A DNA stretch of 64,000 nucleotides from Longimicrobiales bacterium (GTDB lineage: Bacteria; Gemmatimonadota; Gemmatimonadetes; Longimicrobiales; Gaopeijiaceae), in the NCBI GenBank assembly GCA_965248195.1, contig CBDFIQ010000002.1, positions 2,656,001-2,720,000 of the forward strand. The letters are read 5' to 3'. The notes under the pieces were generated by a model. That model had not been told where the DNA came from. It saw nothing but the letters and a program-made list of their open reading frames with translations, and did not search any database. Both the position numbers and the translations under genes were made by a program. Every line of letters starts with the position of its first letter. Position 1 is the stretch's first letter. Positions 20,956-31,746 of the stretch are shown here, piece by piece.

Positions 20956-21912
20956 GTGAGACCAGTGGACTACATCGCGGAGCTCCGTTCGATCTTCTCC
21001 CTGCCCGACCTCTACGAGGCTCACGAGGAGTGCGTGCCCGTAATGGACGCGATGGCGCGTGATCGAGCGTTCTTCTTCGGCGTCATCCGGAAGTGCCTCT
21101 CCGACCCCGAGTACCTCGATCGAATCAGGCACTACCCGACGCTTGCATTCCCCATCGAGGAGAACGAGGACTTCACGCTCGTCGCGAACGTCTTCCTTCC
21201 TCTACCCGACGGGAACCGGGACCTGTCCTTCCAGAGCATCCATCACCACGGCCAGCTCCTCCTGACCACCATATCGGCGTTCGGGGCCGGCTACGACTCG
21301 ATCATTTTCAAGCCCGGCTATTCGATCGATACAGAGACCGGGCTCACGAACATGCAGATGGATCGTGTCTACCAAAACGACCTCCACAATCTGGCGTTCG
21401 TCGACAAGCTCACCCCTCACATCGTGTTCTACCCGGAGGCCGCGTCCATCACCTTCGCGCTCTGGAGCCGAGAAAGGCACGAAGCGCTCGACAAGATGAG
21501 GAAGATGAAGGTGCTCCAGAGCGTGAAAAGGCCGCTCAAGCGGATCATCAAGATGGCAGGCCTGAACGCGGCGGTCGGGCTCAACCAGATCGACTACAAC
21601 GATTTCTACCCACAGGGGGGCAAGATCTGGGGCCTGAAGGAACGGCTCGGATACCCCGAAGGAAGGAACGACAACTGGCTGCAGAACGTGTTCTCGGTGG
21701 TCGAGCAATACGGCTTCGACGATATGGACTTCATACGGCAGTTGATAGCCGACTGCGAAGCACGCGGTCAAACAGCGCCAATTCCGTGGCTGGACCGGCT
21801 CCTCGCTGGGGAGACCATCGACCTGGAGTTCGAGCCAAGCCACCTGAACGTGGACAAGGTGAACCTCAGCAAGCGCGAGATCCTCGCGGTCTACGGCCAG
21901 GAAGCGGATTGA
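20956..21912 (+). CDS. Hypothetical protein with cupin-like His pattern
   Basis: Clean GC3-biased ORF with GAGG RBS; SIHHHG...TPHIVF...SITFALWS. Confidence 0.7.
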   Translation: MRPVDYIAELRSIFSLPDLYEAHEECVPVMDAMARDRAFFFGVIRKCLSDPEYLDRIRHYPTLAFPIEENEDFTLVANVFLPLPDGNRDLSFQSIHHHGQLLLTTISAFGAGYDSIIFKPGYSIDTETGLTNMQMDRVYQNDLHNLAFVDKLTPHIVFYPEAASITFALWSRERHEALDKMRKMKVLQSVKRPLKRIIKMAGLNAAVGLNQIDYNDFYPQGGKIWGLKERLGYPEGRNDNWLQNVFSVVEQYGFDDMDFIRQLIADCEARGQTAPIPWLDRLLAGETIDLEFEPSHLNVDKVNLSKREILAVYGQEAD

Positions 21913-21960
21913 GCCGGGGCCGACGTCCGCCCCGCTTCCTCATTTGAGGGGCGCCCAGCC

Positions 21961-23183
21961 TTGAAGACGGTCCTGTACATCTCCTACGATGGGATGACCG
22001 ACCCGCTCGGGCAGTCGCAGGTGATTCCATATCTCACGGGCCTGGCGAAGCGGGGTCATCACATCACCGTGCTCAGCTGTGAGAAGCGACACCACTTCGC
22101 CCTCCTGCGCGAGCGTTGCGAGAGACTCTTCGCGGACTGCGGAATCGAATGGCATCACGTGCGCTACTCCAAGCGGCCTCCCGTGCTGTCGACCTACGTC
22201 GACCTCGCCCGCATGCGACGCCTCGGCAAGAGGTTCTCCGCGGGGCGGCGGTTCGACATCGTACATTGCCGGACGATCCTTTCCACGCTCGTCGGCCATT
22301 CGCTGGCGCGCCGACTGGGCGCCAAGCTGATCTTCGACATGCGGGGTTTCTGGGCCGACGAGCGCGTGGAGGGCTCACTGTGGAGTCTGTCCAACCCGAT
22401 CTACCGGGGCCTATACGAGTACTTCAAGCGGAAGGAGCGTCGGTTCTTTCGTGAAGCCGACCTGGTCATAACCCTCACGCGGCGCGCCAGAGAGTTCATC
22501 CAGTCGCTGGGTCGCGGCCCCGGGGACGTTGCGGAGATTGCCGTGGTGCCCTGCTGCGTCGACATGGATCACTTTTCACCTGAGTCCCTTGACCGAGAGA
22601 TCGTGTCGAGGCATCGGCGGGAGTTGGGGCTCACGAACGACACGTTCGTACTCGCGTACCTGGGCTCTCTCGGGACGCGGTACATGCTGAGGGAGATGAT
22701 CGGCTTCTTTGCCGTGGTTCGGCGTGAGGATCGGGAGGCTCGACTCCTCATCGTGACTCGGGACGATCCCGCGCTCATACATTCGGCCGCATCGGACGCC
22801 GAGGTCGATCCGTCGGCCATTTCCATCGTGTCGAGCACCTACGAGGAGATGCCCAACCTCATCGCACTCGCCGACGCCTCGATCTTCTTCATCAAGACCG
22901 GGGTGAGCGGCAAGGCGGTGTCGCCGACCAAACAAGCGGAGCTGTTGGCCATGGGCGTCCGTGTCGTATGCAATTCCGGGATCGGTGACTGCGATGAAAT
23001 CCTCGAGGAACGGGCGCCGGAATCGTCGTCGACCGAATGACGGAGGAGGCGTTTCTCGACGCGGCCGCACGGCTGCTGGCTCGGGACGGACTCTCCGGCG
23101 ACGAGATCCGGCAGGTGGCGCTCGACAGATTATCCCTCGAGAGCGGGATCGCGCGATATCATGATGCGTGGGAGTCGCTCTGA
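21961..23183 (+). CDS. GT4 glycosyltransferase (apparent 1-nt frameshift near 23010)
   Basis: YISYDGMTDPLGQSQVIPYL, FDMRGFW, SPTK; adding one A at GAGGAA-CGG restores TGAGIVV..SLESGIARYHDAWESL* ending at 23183. Confidence 0.85.
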
Positions 23184-24091
23184 TGATCGAATACGCCAGC
23201 GCTCCCGATGGCTGGATCGAGCTCTCGGGCGGGAGGGTCGCACGTTTCAACACGGGGTCGGGAGCCAACATCGATCTCGAGACTGTCGCCTCGTTCGGGG
23301 AGGAGTGGACCAAGTTCGACCGGTTTTCGGACTCGGAAATCCAACGGATTGGGGACGAATACTTCGACGTGGTGACCGCCGCGATGCTCCCCGCCGAGGC
23401 GACCGCGCTCGATCTGGGGTGTGGCGGGGGTCGCTGGTCGCGGTACGTCGCCTCGCGCTGCGCCTTCGTCGAGGCCGTCGACCCGAGCGATGCGGTCCTG
23501 GTCGCACATTCGGTGACACGCGACCTGGCGAACGTGCGCGTGACAAAGGCTTCGGTCGACACGCTTCCCTTTCCGGACGACAGCTTCGATTTCATCCTCT
23601 GTCTTGGAGCCCTTCACCACATTCCCGATACCGCTGCGGCCCTCGAGAGGGCGGTGCAGAAGCTACGCCCCGGCGGATGGATGCTGCTCTACATCTACTA
23701 CGCCCTCGAAAACCGGGGGCTGGGCTACCGGCTGCTGTTCGGAACCGCGGACCTGCTCCGCCGAGTGGTATCGAGGCTCCCTGGACCGCTCAAGCGCCTC
23801 AGTTGTGATGTCCTGGCGGTCATCGTCTACCTGCCCTTGGTCGCCCTGGCCGGCGCCGTGGGGAGGCTCCTGGGAAGCCGGGCCGCCGAGGACGTTCCCC
23901 TGCACTACTACTCCGGAAAGTCCTGGCGCGTGATGCGAAACGATGCCCTCGACCGGTTCGGCACCCCGTTGGAGCAGCGCTTCACCCGGGCGGAGATCGC
24001 CGAGATGATGACGCAGGGCGGCCTCGAGGACCTTCGCTTTTCCGATCGAATGCCCATGTGGCACGCAGTGGGCAGGAAGGGTAACGAGTGA
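23183..24091 (+). CDS. Class I SAM-dependent methyltransferase
   Basis: SFGEEW, LDLGCGGGRW, LPFPDDSFD, LHHIPD, LRPGG, ALDRFGTPLEQRF. Confidence 0.9.
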   Translation: MIEYASAPDGWIELSGGRVARFNTGSGANIDLETVASFGEEWTKFDRFSDSEIQRIGDEYFDVVTAAMLPAEATALDLGCGGGRWSRYVASRCAFVEAVDPSDAVLVAHSVTRDLANVRVTKASVDTLPFPDDSFDFILCLGALHHIPDTAAALERAVQKLRPGGWMLLYIYYALENRGLGYRLLFGTADLLRRVVSRLPGPLKRLSCDVLAVIVYLPLVALAGAVGRLLGSRAAEDVPLHYYSGKSWRVMRNDALDRFGTPLEQRFTRAEIAEMMTQGGLEDLRFSDRMPMWHAVGRKGNE

Positions 24092-25227
24092 AACGCCTGC
24101 TCGTGGTCTGTCCGCATCCGGAGAACGTTGCACCCGGTCAACGGCTCAAGTACGAGCAGTACTTCGATCATTGGAGAGCCAACGGCTACGAGGTCGTCGT
24201 CTCGCCGTTCATGACGCGAAGGTTTCAGGCCATCATCTATCAGCCCGGCCGGATCCTGGAAAAGGTCTTCTGGGTCGGCTGGGGCTACCTCAGGCGGATT
24301 CGCGATCTGTTCCGACTGCCCTTCTACGATGGTGCGTACATCTTTCTCTGGGTCACTCCCCTGGGGATTCCTCTCTTCGAAGGACTGTTCTCTTTCGCGG
24401 CGAGGCATTTCGTCTACGACATCGACGATATGGTGTTTCTGGGGCACTCTAGCGAGGCCAATCGCTTCATCCAGGTGCTGAAGGGCCGCAGGAAGATGGC
24501 CTTCCTCATGCGGAGGGCCGACCACGTCATCGTATGCACCCCACACCTCGACGCGTTTGTCCAACGCTATAACCCCAAAACCACGGACATCTCCTCCACG
24601 ATCGACACAGACCGTTACCTGCCGGTCAATCCGTACTCGAACGACGGCCGGCTCACGCTTGGCTGGAGCGGCAGCCATAGCACGGCCAAATACCTGCATC
24701 TCCTGGACGACGTCTTGAAGGAGATCGGACGCGAGATCGACTTCCGGCTGAAGGTAATCGGCGACCCGAGCTTCTCGATGGATGGTGTCGAGGTCGACGC
24801 CCAAGAATGGCGCGAGCCGACCGAGGTCCGTGACCTCCAGGAGATTGACATCGGTTTGTATCCGCTGCCGGACGAGGAGTGGGTGTTGGGGAAGAGCGGG
24901 CTCAAGGCCCTTCAGTACATGGCGCTCGGGATTCCTACGGTTGCGACGAGAATCGGGGCGAACAGCCGGATCATCCAAGACGGAGAAAACGGCTTCCTGG
25001 TCTCAGATCAGGAAGAGTGGAGGAACCGCCTTCTGTCATTGGCCTCCGATCCGGAGCTCCGAAGGCGGGTCGGGGATCGCGCGAACCGAACCGTTTCCGA
25101 GCGGTTTTCGGTGCGTGCCAACCGGGATGCGTACCTCGGGGTTCTGGACGCCGTGTTCAGCGAGTCGGAATCGTCTAGAGACCGAGCCTCTGGGGATCGA
25201 GCCTCTAGGGACCAAGCCCCCGACTGA
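24088..25227 (+). CDS. GT4 glycosyltransferase
   Basis: APGQRLKYEQY, YDIDD, GWSGSHST, DIGLYPL, GKSGLKALQYMALGIP. Confidence 0.9.
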   Translation: MKRLLVVCPHPENVAPGQRLKYEQYFDHWRANGYEVVVSPFMTRRFQAIIYQPGRILEKVFWVGWGYLRRIRDLFRLPFYDGAYIFLWVTPLGIPLFEGLFSFAARHFVYDIDDMVFLGHSSEANRFIQVLKGRRKMAFLMRRADHVIVCTPHLDAFVQRYNPKTTDISSTIDTDRYLPVNPYSNDGRLTLGWSGSHSTAKYLHLLDDVLKEIGREIDFRLKVIGDPSFSMDGVEVDAQEWREPTEVRDLQEIDIGLYPLPDEEWVLGKSGLKALQYMALGIPTVATRIGANSRIIQDGENGFLVSDQEEWRNRLLSLASDPELRRRVGDRANRTVSERFSVRANRDAYLGVLDAVFSESESSRDRASGDRASRDQAPD

Positions 25228-26624
25228 TGACCACCAGCGCGCTCAAAGACCGCCTTCTCAAGATGGCGTCGGTGACCTCCGTGATGGGGATCGGCAACGT
25301 GGTGGGGATGGCAAGCCTGATCGTCAAGAACAAAGCGCTCGCGGTTCTTCTGGGACCGGCAGGTATCGGCATCATCTCCCAGGCCGTTCAGCTTCAACAG
25401 GTGGTGGCCAACGGAGGATCGCTGGGCCTGTCCTCAGGTCTCCAGCAGTCGCTGAGCAAAATCAGGAATCCCGACGACCCGAAATTCAGACGCATCGCAA
25501 ACCTGGGCTTTCGCCTGCTGCTCGCGATGTTTTTCGTCACCGCTTTGGTGGTTCTGATCTTCCGACGACCGATCTCCCAGGCGGTCTTCGACGGCTATCA
25601 CCCGAGCTGGATTGCCGCCATCTCGCTCTGGCTGGCGCTGACTCCCATCTCCATGGTCATCGACGCGATCTTCGTATCGGCGCAGCGTCCTGGGCTCTTC
25701 AGCGTCTCGCGGATCGCGCAGTTCTCGCTGCTAGCTCTTGGAACCGTGGCCGGTGCGCTCTTGGGGGGTGTGGGGGGAGCTATCTGGGGATCGGCGATCG
25801 GCTTCGCCCTTGCGATGGCCTACGTGTACTGGAAGTCCAACCGTGAACTGGGATCGCCGACCCTTTCGCTGGGCATCATGCTCACCCGCGAGGCATGGGA
25901 AACCGATCGGCGGTATCTGTCGGAGATCTGGGGAGTCGGGTGGGTGACGGCCGTTGCTGGAACGCTCACGATTCTTGCGGCCTTCCTCATGCGCACCCTC
26001 CTCCTTCACCAGGCGGGTGACGCCAACCTGGGTCAATACCACGCCAGCTTCGCGCTCGCCGCGATCCTGGGGCCGATCGTGGCAAACGGCATCTGGGGGC
26101 ACTTCTACCCCCAGGTGTGTGCCGCGTCGGACCCAGCCAAGTGCCGAGAGTTGGTCACCACGGTGGCGAGCTTCGCACTTCTTGCCCTCGTGCCCATGTT
26201 CATCGCCCTCGTGATCGGAGCTCCGATCCTGGTCAGGGTGCTCTTCACGGCTGAATTCACGGACGTCGTTCTGTACTTGCCCTTGCAGGTAGCATCGGAG
26301 CTCCTGCTGCAGTTCAGCACCATTCCCAGCTTCCTGCTTCTTGGCCGGGACTTCCGATTCTCGTATATGCTGAGTAGGGCGATCTACCCGGCGCTCCTGG
26401 TCGGCCTGGGGTTCGGCCTGCTAAGGGAGAACGGCGTGGAAGGCCTGCTCTGGGCACAGGTGATCGCGGCGCTGGCGAGCCTGCTCGTCGGGGTGGTGTT
26501 GGCCAAAGTCCGCTTCGGCGTCACGGTCCCCATCCTGCTCGTGGTGGGCGCGATCGCGTCCGCTGCTGCGTTGATCTGGTTCGGTCCGGCCTTGGTGGGA
26601 CTCCTGGCGTTCGTCGTGAGCTGA
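25227..26624 (+). CDS. Wzx-like oligosaccharide flippase
   Basis: KNKALAVLLGPAGIG motif, about 12 hydrophobic segments. Confidence 0.85.
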   Translation: MTTSALKDRLLKMASVTSVMGIGNVVGMASLIVKNKALAVLLGPAGIGIISQAVQLQQVVANGGSLGLSSGLQQSLSKIRNPDDPKFRRIANLGFRLLLAMFFVTALVVLIFRRPISQAVFDGYHPSWIAAISLWLALTPISMVIDAIFVSAQRPGLFSVSRIAQFSLLALGTVAGALLGGVGGAIWGSAIGFALAMAYVYWKSNRELGSPTLSLGIMLTREAWETDRRYLSEIWGVGWVTAVAGTLTILAAFLMRTLLLHQAGDANLGQYHASFALAAILGPIVANGIWGHFYPQVCAASDPAKCRELVTTVASFALLALVPMFIALVIGAPILVRVLFTAEFTDVVLYLPLQVASELLLQFSTIPSFLLLGRDFRFSYMLSRAIYPALLVGLGFGLLRENGVEGLLWAQVIAALASLLVGVVLAKVRFGVTVPILLVVGAIASAAALIWFGPALVGLLAFVVS

Positions 26625-26675
26625 GATATGGAAACGAACGCCCCCGAGGAAACCGGCTCTCGGCCTTCCGAGTGG

Positions 26676-27356
26676 TCACCGGCGGGCGGAGGCGATAATG
26701 CGCGTGGTGAGGATTCTCGGATTCTGGGAATCGACACCCCGCTCTAGAAAGTAGACCAGGCGCAGCCCCATCCTCCACAGGGCCTGCGCCACCGCAAAGA
26801 TGCGCGACTTGAGCCCCATGATCGTCGTCGGTCTCCCGCGAAGTACGATATCGGAGAAGCCTGCCTGCTCCAGATAGTAGCGAAGCAACGTCTCCGTCGG
26901 GATCCACTCTATATCGGGATCCTTGTACGCAACGTACGCACCTGTCCACGCCGCCCCGTTGAACGTCTCGAGAAGGACCCGACCTCCGGGAGCGGTGGCT
27001 TTCCACACGGCTCGCAGCAATGCCGGTACCTCGGCCTTGGGCAGGTAGTAGAGGACATCCTTGAGGACAACAAGACCGAACTGGTCCTCATGCCGAGCCA
27101 GGTAGCTCGGCAGATCCGACACGACCTCGACGTTCGGTGTCACGTTGGCGGCCGCCCAACTCACGACCTCCTCATCCCGGTCCACACCGCGCAGGTCCGT
27201 GTAGCCGTGCCGAGACAGAAACGCGAGCATTCTTCCGTGGCCGCAGCCAATGTCCAGGATGGGTGTGGATTTGTCGGCCGGAAGCTCGCCTCGGTAGGAC
27301 TGATCCAGGTCTTCAAAATGAAAGGCTTCGGGGGCCCGATAGAATCCCTCGCTCAT
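26676..27356 (-). CDS. Class I SAM-dependent methyltransferase
   Basis: ILDIGCGHG, GVD, APGGRVLLETFN. Confidence 0.85.
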   Translation of the reverse strand: MSEGFYRAPEAFHFEDLDQSYRGELPADKSTPILDIGCGHGRMLAFLSRHGYTDLRGVDRDEEVVSWAAANVTPNVEVVSDLPSYLARHEDQFGLVVLKDVLYYLPKAEVPALLRAVWKATAPGGRVLLETFNGAAWTGAYVAYKDPDIEWIPTETLLRYYLEQAGFSDIVLRGRPTTIMGLKSRIFAVAQALWRMGLRLVYFLERGVDSQNPRILTTRIIASARR

Positions 27357-28324
27357 TCCAGGCCTCCGCGATCCCCATCGCCCTTGGTCGCAACAAGACA
27401 GAGGTATTGGGCCAACGGTACAGCCCAGCTCCGCTTTTTAATCCCACTGTCGATCGGAGAGAGGGCGGAATCGAAGAAGGAGAGGCCCAGGCGCCCCCCA
27501 AACGTGTAAAAGAGACCGCGAGGTAGAACGGTCAGAGGAAAAGCTTCGATGTTGGTGAACCCGGCCTCACGGAGCGACTCCACCCAACGGCTCGGGCGTT
27601 GCCGCGACCACTCCTCTACAAAGTGGGCGTACTCGCCATGTGGCTTCGGGAGCGGAAACTGAGGATAGGCCTCCCAGAACGTCCGCCAGTTGTGAATCCG
27701 ATGGGTGGGAGCCGCGGAGGTCGACGGTCCGCCCGGCGCCTGAGGCCCTCCTGAAGTCACCCGTCTCCGCCGCAGTTTCTCGCCGATCCTGCGAAGCAAG
27801 CGCGCCATGGTGTCCACGTAGAAGTGGATCGGATAGACGACGTTGTGCGCGGACGCGGGCACGGTCGCGATCATGCGGCCTCCCGGTTTCAACACCCGTC
27901 GCGTCTCTTGGAGCGCTCGATGTCGATCCGGGACGTGCTCGAGCACGTACAACGAATACGCAGCGTCGAAACTCTCATCGGGGAACGGAAGGTCCACGGC
28001 CGAAGCACCCTCGACGGTAACGTTCGAGAGGCCCAGCATTTCAAAGAGTTCCACAGCGCGTTCGAGGCCGATCGAGTGGGCCGATGGGTCCTCCTCGGGG
28101 AGGTCGGTCGCGACCAGGGAGCCGATCGAAGGCGCAAAGTACGCGGCGGCCAGCCCGTTGCCACACCCCAGTTCCAGTACCCGATCGTTTGGTCCAAAAC
28201 CCGCTAATTGGCTGACCGCCGCTAGTTCGGGCACGCGCATCTCGAAATGGCCGGCCCACGTCTCCAAGTCGGGATGCTCGGCGAGGATGCCCCGGATCGT
28301 GTCCAGCGTCGGATGTGCGGTCAT
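27353..28324 (-). CDS. Class I SAM-dependent methyltransferase
   Basis: VLELGCGNG, LPFPDESFD, VLEHVPD, RVLKPGG; ATGA overlaps on both sides. Confidence 0.88.
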   Translation of the reverse strand: MTAHPTLDTIRGILAEHPDLETWAGHFEMRVPELAAVSQLAGFGPNDRVLELGCGNGLAAAYFAPSIGSLVATDLPEEDPSAHSIGLERAVELFEMLGLSNVTVEGASAVDLPFPDESFDAAYSLYVLEHVPDRHRALQETRRVLKPGGRMIATVPASAHNVVYPIHFYVDTMARLLRRIGEKLRRRRVTSGGPQAPGGPSTSAAPTHRIHNWRTFWEAYPQFPLPKPHGEYAHFVEEWSRQRPSRWVESLREAGFTNIEAFPLTVLPRGLFYTFGGRLGLSFFDSALSPIDSGIKKRSWAVPLAQYLCLVATKGDGDRGGLE

Positions 28325-29484
28325 GAGGACCCGGCCAAGTCGGTGTAGATCTCTCTCAGGATGCGATTCTGGCGCTGCTCCGAGAACTGCTCGACCACCT
28401 GCTGGTGGCCGGCCCGGCCCATGGCCGTCCAATCACTTGGCCGTTTGGCGAGCCTGCGCATCGTGTCAAAGAGTGAGTCCTCCGTCTCTGCGCAATAGAG
28501 CCCGCTCACGTCTTCGACGACCGAAATCTCGGATCCGGGGAACCGTGTGCATACGACCGGAAGCCCTGCTGCTTGGGCGCATACCAGACACAGGGAGGGC
28601 CCCCCCTCGTCATCTCCGTTGGGGGCGGCGATGGAAGGCAGCACGAAAATGTCATGCCTCTCGAGTTCCGAAGAGAAGAGCTCGTGGAAATCGCCCGACA
28701 GGCCTGTATCGTGCAGCCGTACGCGATCCTGGAGACCCAACCGTTCGATGTCGCCCTCGATCTGGCCTTTCAGCGTCCCGTAGCCGATCGCGGTCAGCGT
28801 AGCGTCGAGTCCGCCCTCCACGAGGCGCACGAAGGCGGGGATGAGCAGGTCGTATCCTTTCTTCTCCACGAAACGTGCCGCCGTAACGAAACGAACGGGG
28901 CCGTCGGTTCCGCGCTCCCGATAGGGGTATCGCTCGATGCGTGCCGGAAGATTGAATACGCTGATCTTTCCCGCCGGGCATCCATCGGCCACGAGCCGAT
29001 CGCGGACCACCTCCGAGAGCACCAGGAACCGGCTGTAGGCGTCGTACATTCGCCGATACGGCTTCCGCCAGCGCGGATCCCTGAGCGTGGCACTCGCATC
29101 GACCCCGTAGAGCGACACCACACCCGGTAGTCCGGTCGTTTCGAGAATGCCGACCGTCCGAGCGGCTGTGGTACCAAAATGTGCGTGAACCAACGAGACG
29201 CCGTATTTCTCGATCGCCTCGACGCAGAAGTCCACAAAACGGCGCTAGCGAAGCGGCGCGGTCACCCGACGCCGAAGCCGTTGAACGACCCCCGCACCGG
29301 TCGGAGAAAAGTTCGCCCCGACGTTACGACCCAGCGTGTGGTCGTCGAGCAGCTGAACGCCCTCATGCAGGTCCTCCACGAGATTGAACGACTCGAATGC
29401 CGGGTGTGCGCGCGAGCTTGCATGGGAGTCCACGAAGGTCCCCGGCAAATAGTCAGCCCAGATGTTTCCGACCACGATTGACAT
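28321..29484 (-). pseudogene. GT4 glycosyltransferase (WcaL-like) interrupted by an in-frame TAG at 29245-29247
   Basis: ORFs 29245-29484 and 28321-29235 share a frame: APLR*RRFVDFC; HAHFG, ARFVEKKG, PSIAAPNGDDEGGP. Confidence 0.8.
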
Positions 29485-29609
29485 GGCGTCTCGCTGCACT
29501 CGTGAGAAGCTGAGAAACTAGCCCCGCACGTGGCATTTCCACATATCTTGAAGAGAGCCCCAGCCTGAAATGATCCTACGCTCCACCAATAAAACACGGG
29601 ACATTCCCA

Positions 29610-30596
29610 ATGCACAGACCGGACTACGCCGGAAAGCGGATTCTCATCACGGGCGGGTTAGGCTTCATCGGGTCGAGCCTGGCCATCGAGCTGGTGGAGT
29701 CCGGTGCTGAGGTTACCGTGGTCGACTCCATGATTCCGGCGTACGGCGCGAACCTCTTCAACATAGAGCCGGTGCGAGATCGTCTACATATCAACTACTC
29801 AGACATTCGCGATCGGTACAGCCTGGAGCACCTGGTCCGCGAAAAGGACTACCTCTTCAATCTCGCTGGCCAGCTCAGTCACATCGACTCCATGCGAGAC
29901 CCGATGACCGACCTCGAGATCAACTGCGCTGCACAGTTATCGCTCCTCGAGTGCATAAGGCGTGTCAATCCCGATATCAGAATCGTTTTCGGAAGCACTC
30001 GACAGCTCTACGGACGTCCACAGTACCTCCCCGTCGACGAAGACCGCCCGATCAAGCCGGTCGACGTGAACGGCATCAACAAGTGGGCGAGCGAGTCGTT
30101 CTTCCGCCTGTACCATGAAGTTCATGGCATCGCGTCCGTCAGCGTCAGGCTCACGAACACCTATGGACCCCGCATGGACCTCCGGAGCACCACGAAAGGT
30201 TTCGTTGGTATCTTCGTGAGGAGGGCGCTTCAAGGCGAACCCATCGACGTGTTTGGGACGGGCGAGCAGAAGCGGGATTTCAACTACGTGGACGACGTCG
30301 TCGAGGCGCTCCTCGGGGCTGGCCAAACCGAGGAGGTCTACGGAAGGGCCCTGAACCTGGGGCACCCCCGTCCGTACAGCCTGAACGAATTCCTGGAAAT
30401 CCTCGCGGGACTCGCCGACTTCACTCATGCGCGTAAGGAGTGGCCCGATGATCGGAAGAAGATCGACGTCGGAGACTACTATGGAGACTATTCGCAGTTC
30501 AGGAAGGCAACGGGCTGGGAGCCGCGCGTCGACTTGGCCGAGGGATTAGAAAAGACCGTCGATTTTTTTCGGCAGCACGGATCCCACTACCTCTAA
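29610..30596 (+). CDS. NAD-dependent nucleotide-sugar epimerase/dehydratase
   Basis: ITGGLGFIGS, NLAGQLSH, STRQLYG, DVNGINK, RLTNTYGPRM. Confidence 0.9.
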   Translation: MHRPDYAGKRILITGGLGFIGSSLAIELVESGAEVTVVDSMIPAYGANLFNIEPVRDRLHINYSDIRDRYSLEHLVREKDYLFNLAGQLSHIDSMRDPMTDLEINCAAQLSLLECIRRVNPDIRIVFGSTRQLYGRPQYLPVDEDRPIKPVDVNGINKWASESFFRLYHEVHGIASVSVRLTNTYGPRMDLRSTTKGFVGIFVRRALQGEPIDVFGTGEQKRDFNYVDDVVEALLGAGQTEEVYGRALNLGHPRPYSLNEFLEILAGLADFTHARKEWPDDRKKIDVGDYYGDYSQFRKATGWEPRVDLAEGLEKTVDFFRQHGSHYL

Positions 30597-30606
30597 AGGG
30601 TTCGCG

Positions 30607-31725
30607 ATGCCCAGGATCCCCAGTTTCGACTACCTCCGTGGGTTGGAAGAGGACCGGATCGATACCCTGCGTGCGATCGAGCGGGTTCTCGATTCCGGCC
30701 ACCTCATTCTAGGGCCCGAGTTGGAGACCTTCGAAGAGGAGTTCGGGACTTACCTGGGCATCGAACACGTGGTCGGCGTGGCGAACGGCACGGATGCAAT
30801 CACCCTCGCCCTGCGAGCCCTGGAGATCGGGCAGGGCCACGAGGTCATCACGGTCGCCAACACCGCGGTGCCGACCGTCGCGGGAATCCGCGCTACTGGC
30901 GCCATTCCGAGGTTCGTGGATGTGGACACGGACCGGCTGCTGATGGATGCTGCAGGGCTAGAGCAGGCGCTGAGTGAACGCACGCGGGCCGTCATCCCCG
31001 TGCACCTCTACGGGGATCCCGCCCCGATCTCCCAGATTCAGGCCTTTGCCGCGCAGCATCACCTGCACGTCATCGACGACTGTGCCCAGGCGCATGGGGC
31101 TCGATCGGGCGGTCGCATGGTCGGGACCCACGGAGTGGTCAACTGCTTTTCTTTCTATCCCACCAAGAACCTGGGCGCGTTCGGAGACGCCGGCGCCTGT
31201 ACTACGTCGAGTCCCGAAATCGCCCACCGCCTGCGGATGCTACGGACCTACGGGTTCGACGGCGACGGGCACACGCACGTCGAGGGCTTCAATAGCAGGC
31301 TTGACGAGGTACAGGCGGCGATTCTGCGGGTGCAACTGAAGTCGCTGGACAGGCGCGTGGCAGCTCGCCGCGAGGTGGCGGGCCAATACCGTGAGCTCCT
31401 TCGGGGCGTTCGGCTCCCCCCGGGCGACGGGCCCGACTCAGAACACGCTTACCATCTGTTCGTCGTGCGCGTGTCCGAACGGGATGCCGTCCGGTCGGCG
31501 CTGGCAGACGAAGGGATTGGCACCGGCATTCACTACCCGGAGCCGATCCATCGTATGGAGGCGTATGAGTTCCTTGGCTACCCTGCCGGAAGCCTTCCGG
31601 TGACGGAATCCGCGGCAATCCAGTTGTTGTCTCTGCCCATGTTCCCCGAACTCCGTCCGGAGGAGATCAGTCAGGTCGCGGATGCCGTCAACACCGCCGT
31701 GCAGCGGAACGAAGATCCGCAGTGA
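30607..31725 (+). CDS. DegT/DnrJ/EryC1/StrS PLP-dependent sugar aminotransferase
   Basis: PVHLYG, DCAQAHG, SFYPTKNLGAFGD, NSRLDEVQAA, LSLPMFP. Confidence 0.95.
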   Translation: MPRIPSFDYLRGLEEDRIDTLRAIERVLDSGHLILGPELETFEEEFGTYLGIEHVVGVANGTDAITLALRALEIGQGHEVITVANTAVPTVAGIRATGAIPRFVDVDTDRLLMDAAGLEQALSERTRAVIPVHLYGDPAPISQIQAFAAQHHLHVIDDCAQAHGARSGGRMVGTHGVVNCFSFYPTKNLGAFGDAGACTTSSPEIAHRLRMLRTYGFDGDGHTHVEGFNSRLDEVQAAILRVQLKSLDRRVAARREVAGQYRELLRGVRLPPGDGPDSEHAYHLFVVRVSERDAVRSALADEGIGTGIHYPEPIHRMEAYEFLGYPAGSLPVTESAAIQLLSLPMFPELRPEEISQVADAVNTAVQRNEDPQ

Positions 31726-31746
31726 CCGGTGGGGGTTGTTCCTGCG

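Noticed and set aside
25174..25218. Three degenerate 15-bp repeats at the GT4 3' end
   Set aside because: Short, in-frame low-complexity tail with no evident function.
29245..29247. Pyrrolysine or amber recoding
   Set aside because: No pyl genes are seen, and TAG is a normal stop in many genes here.
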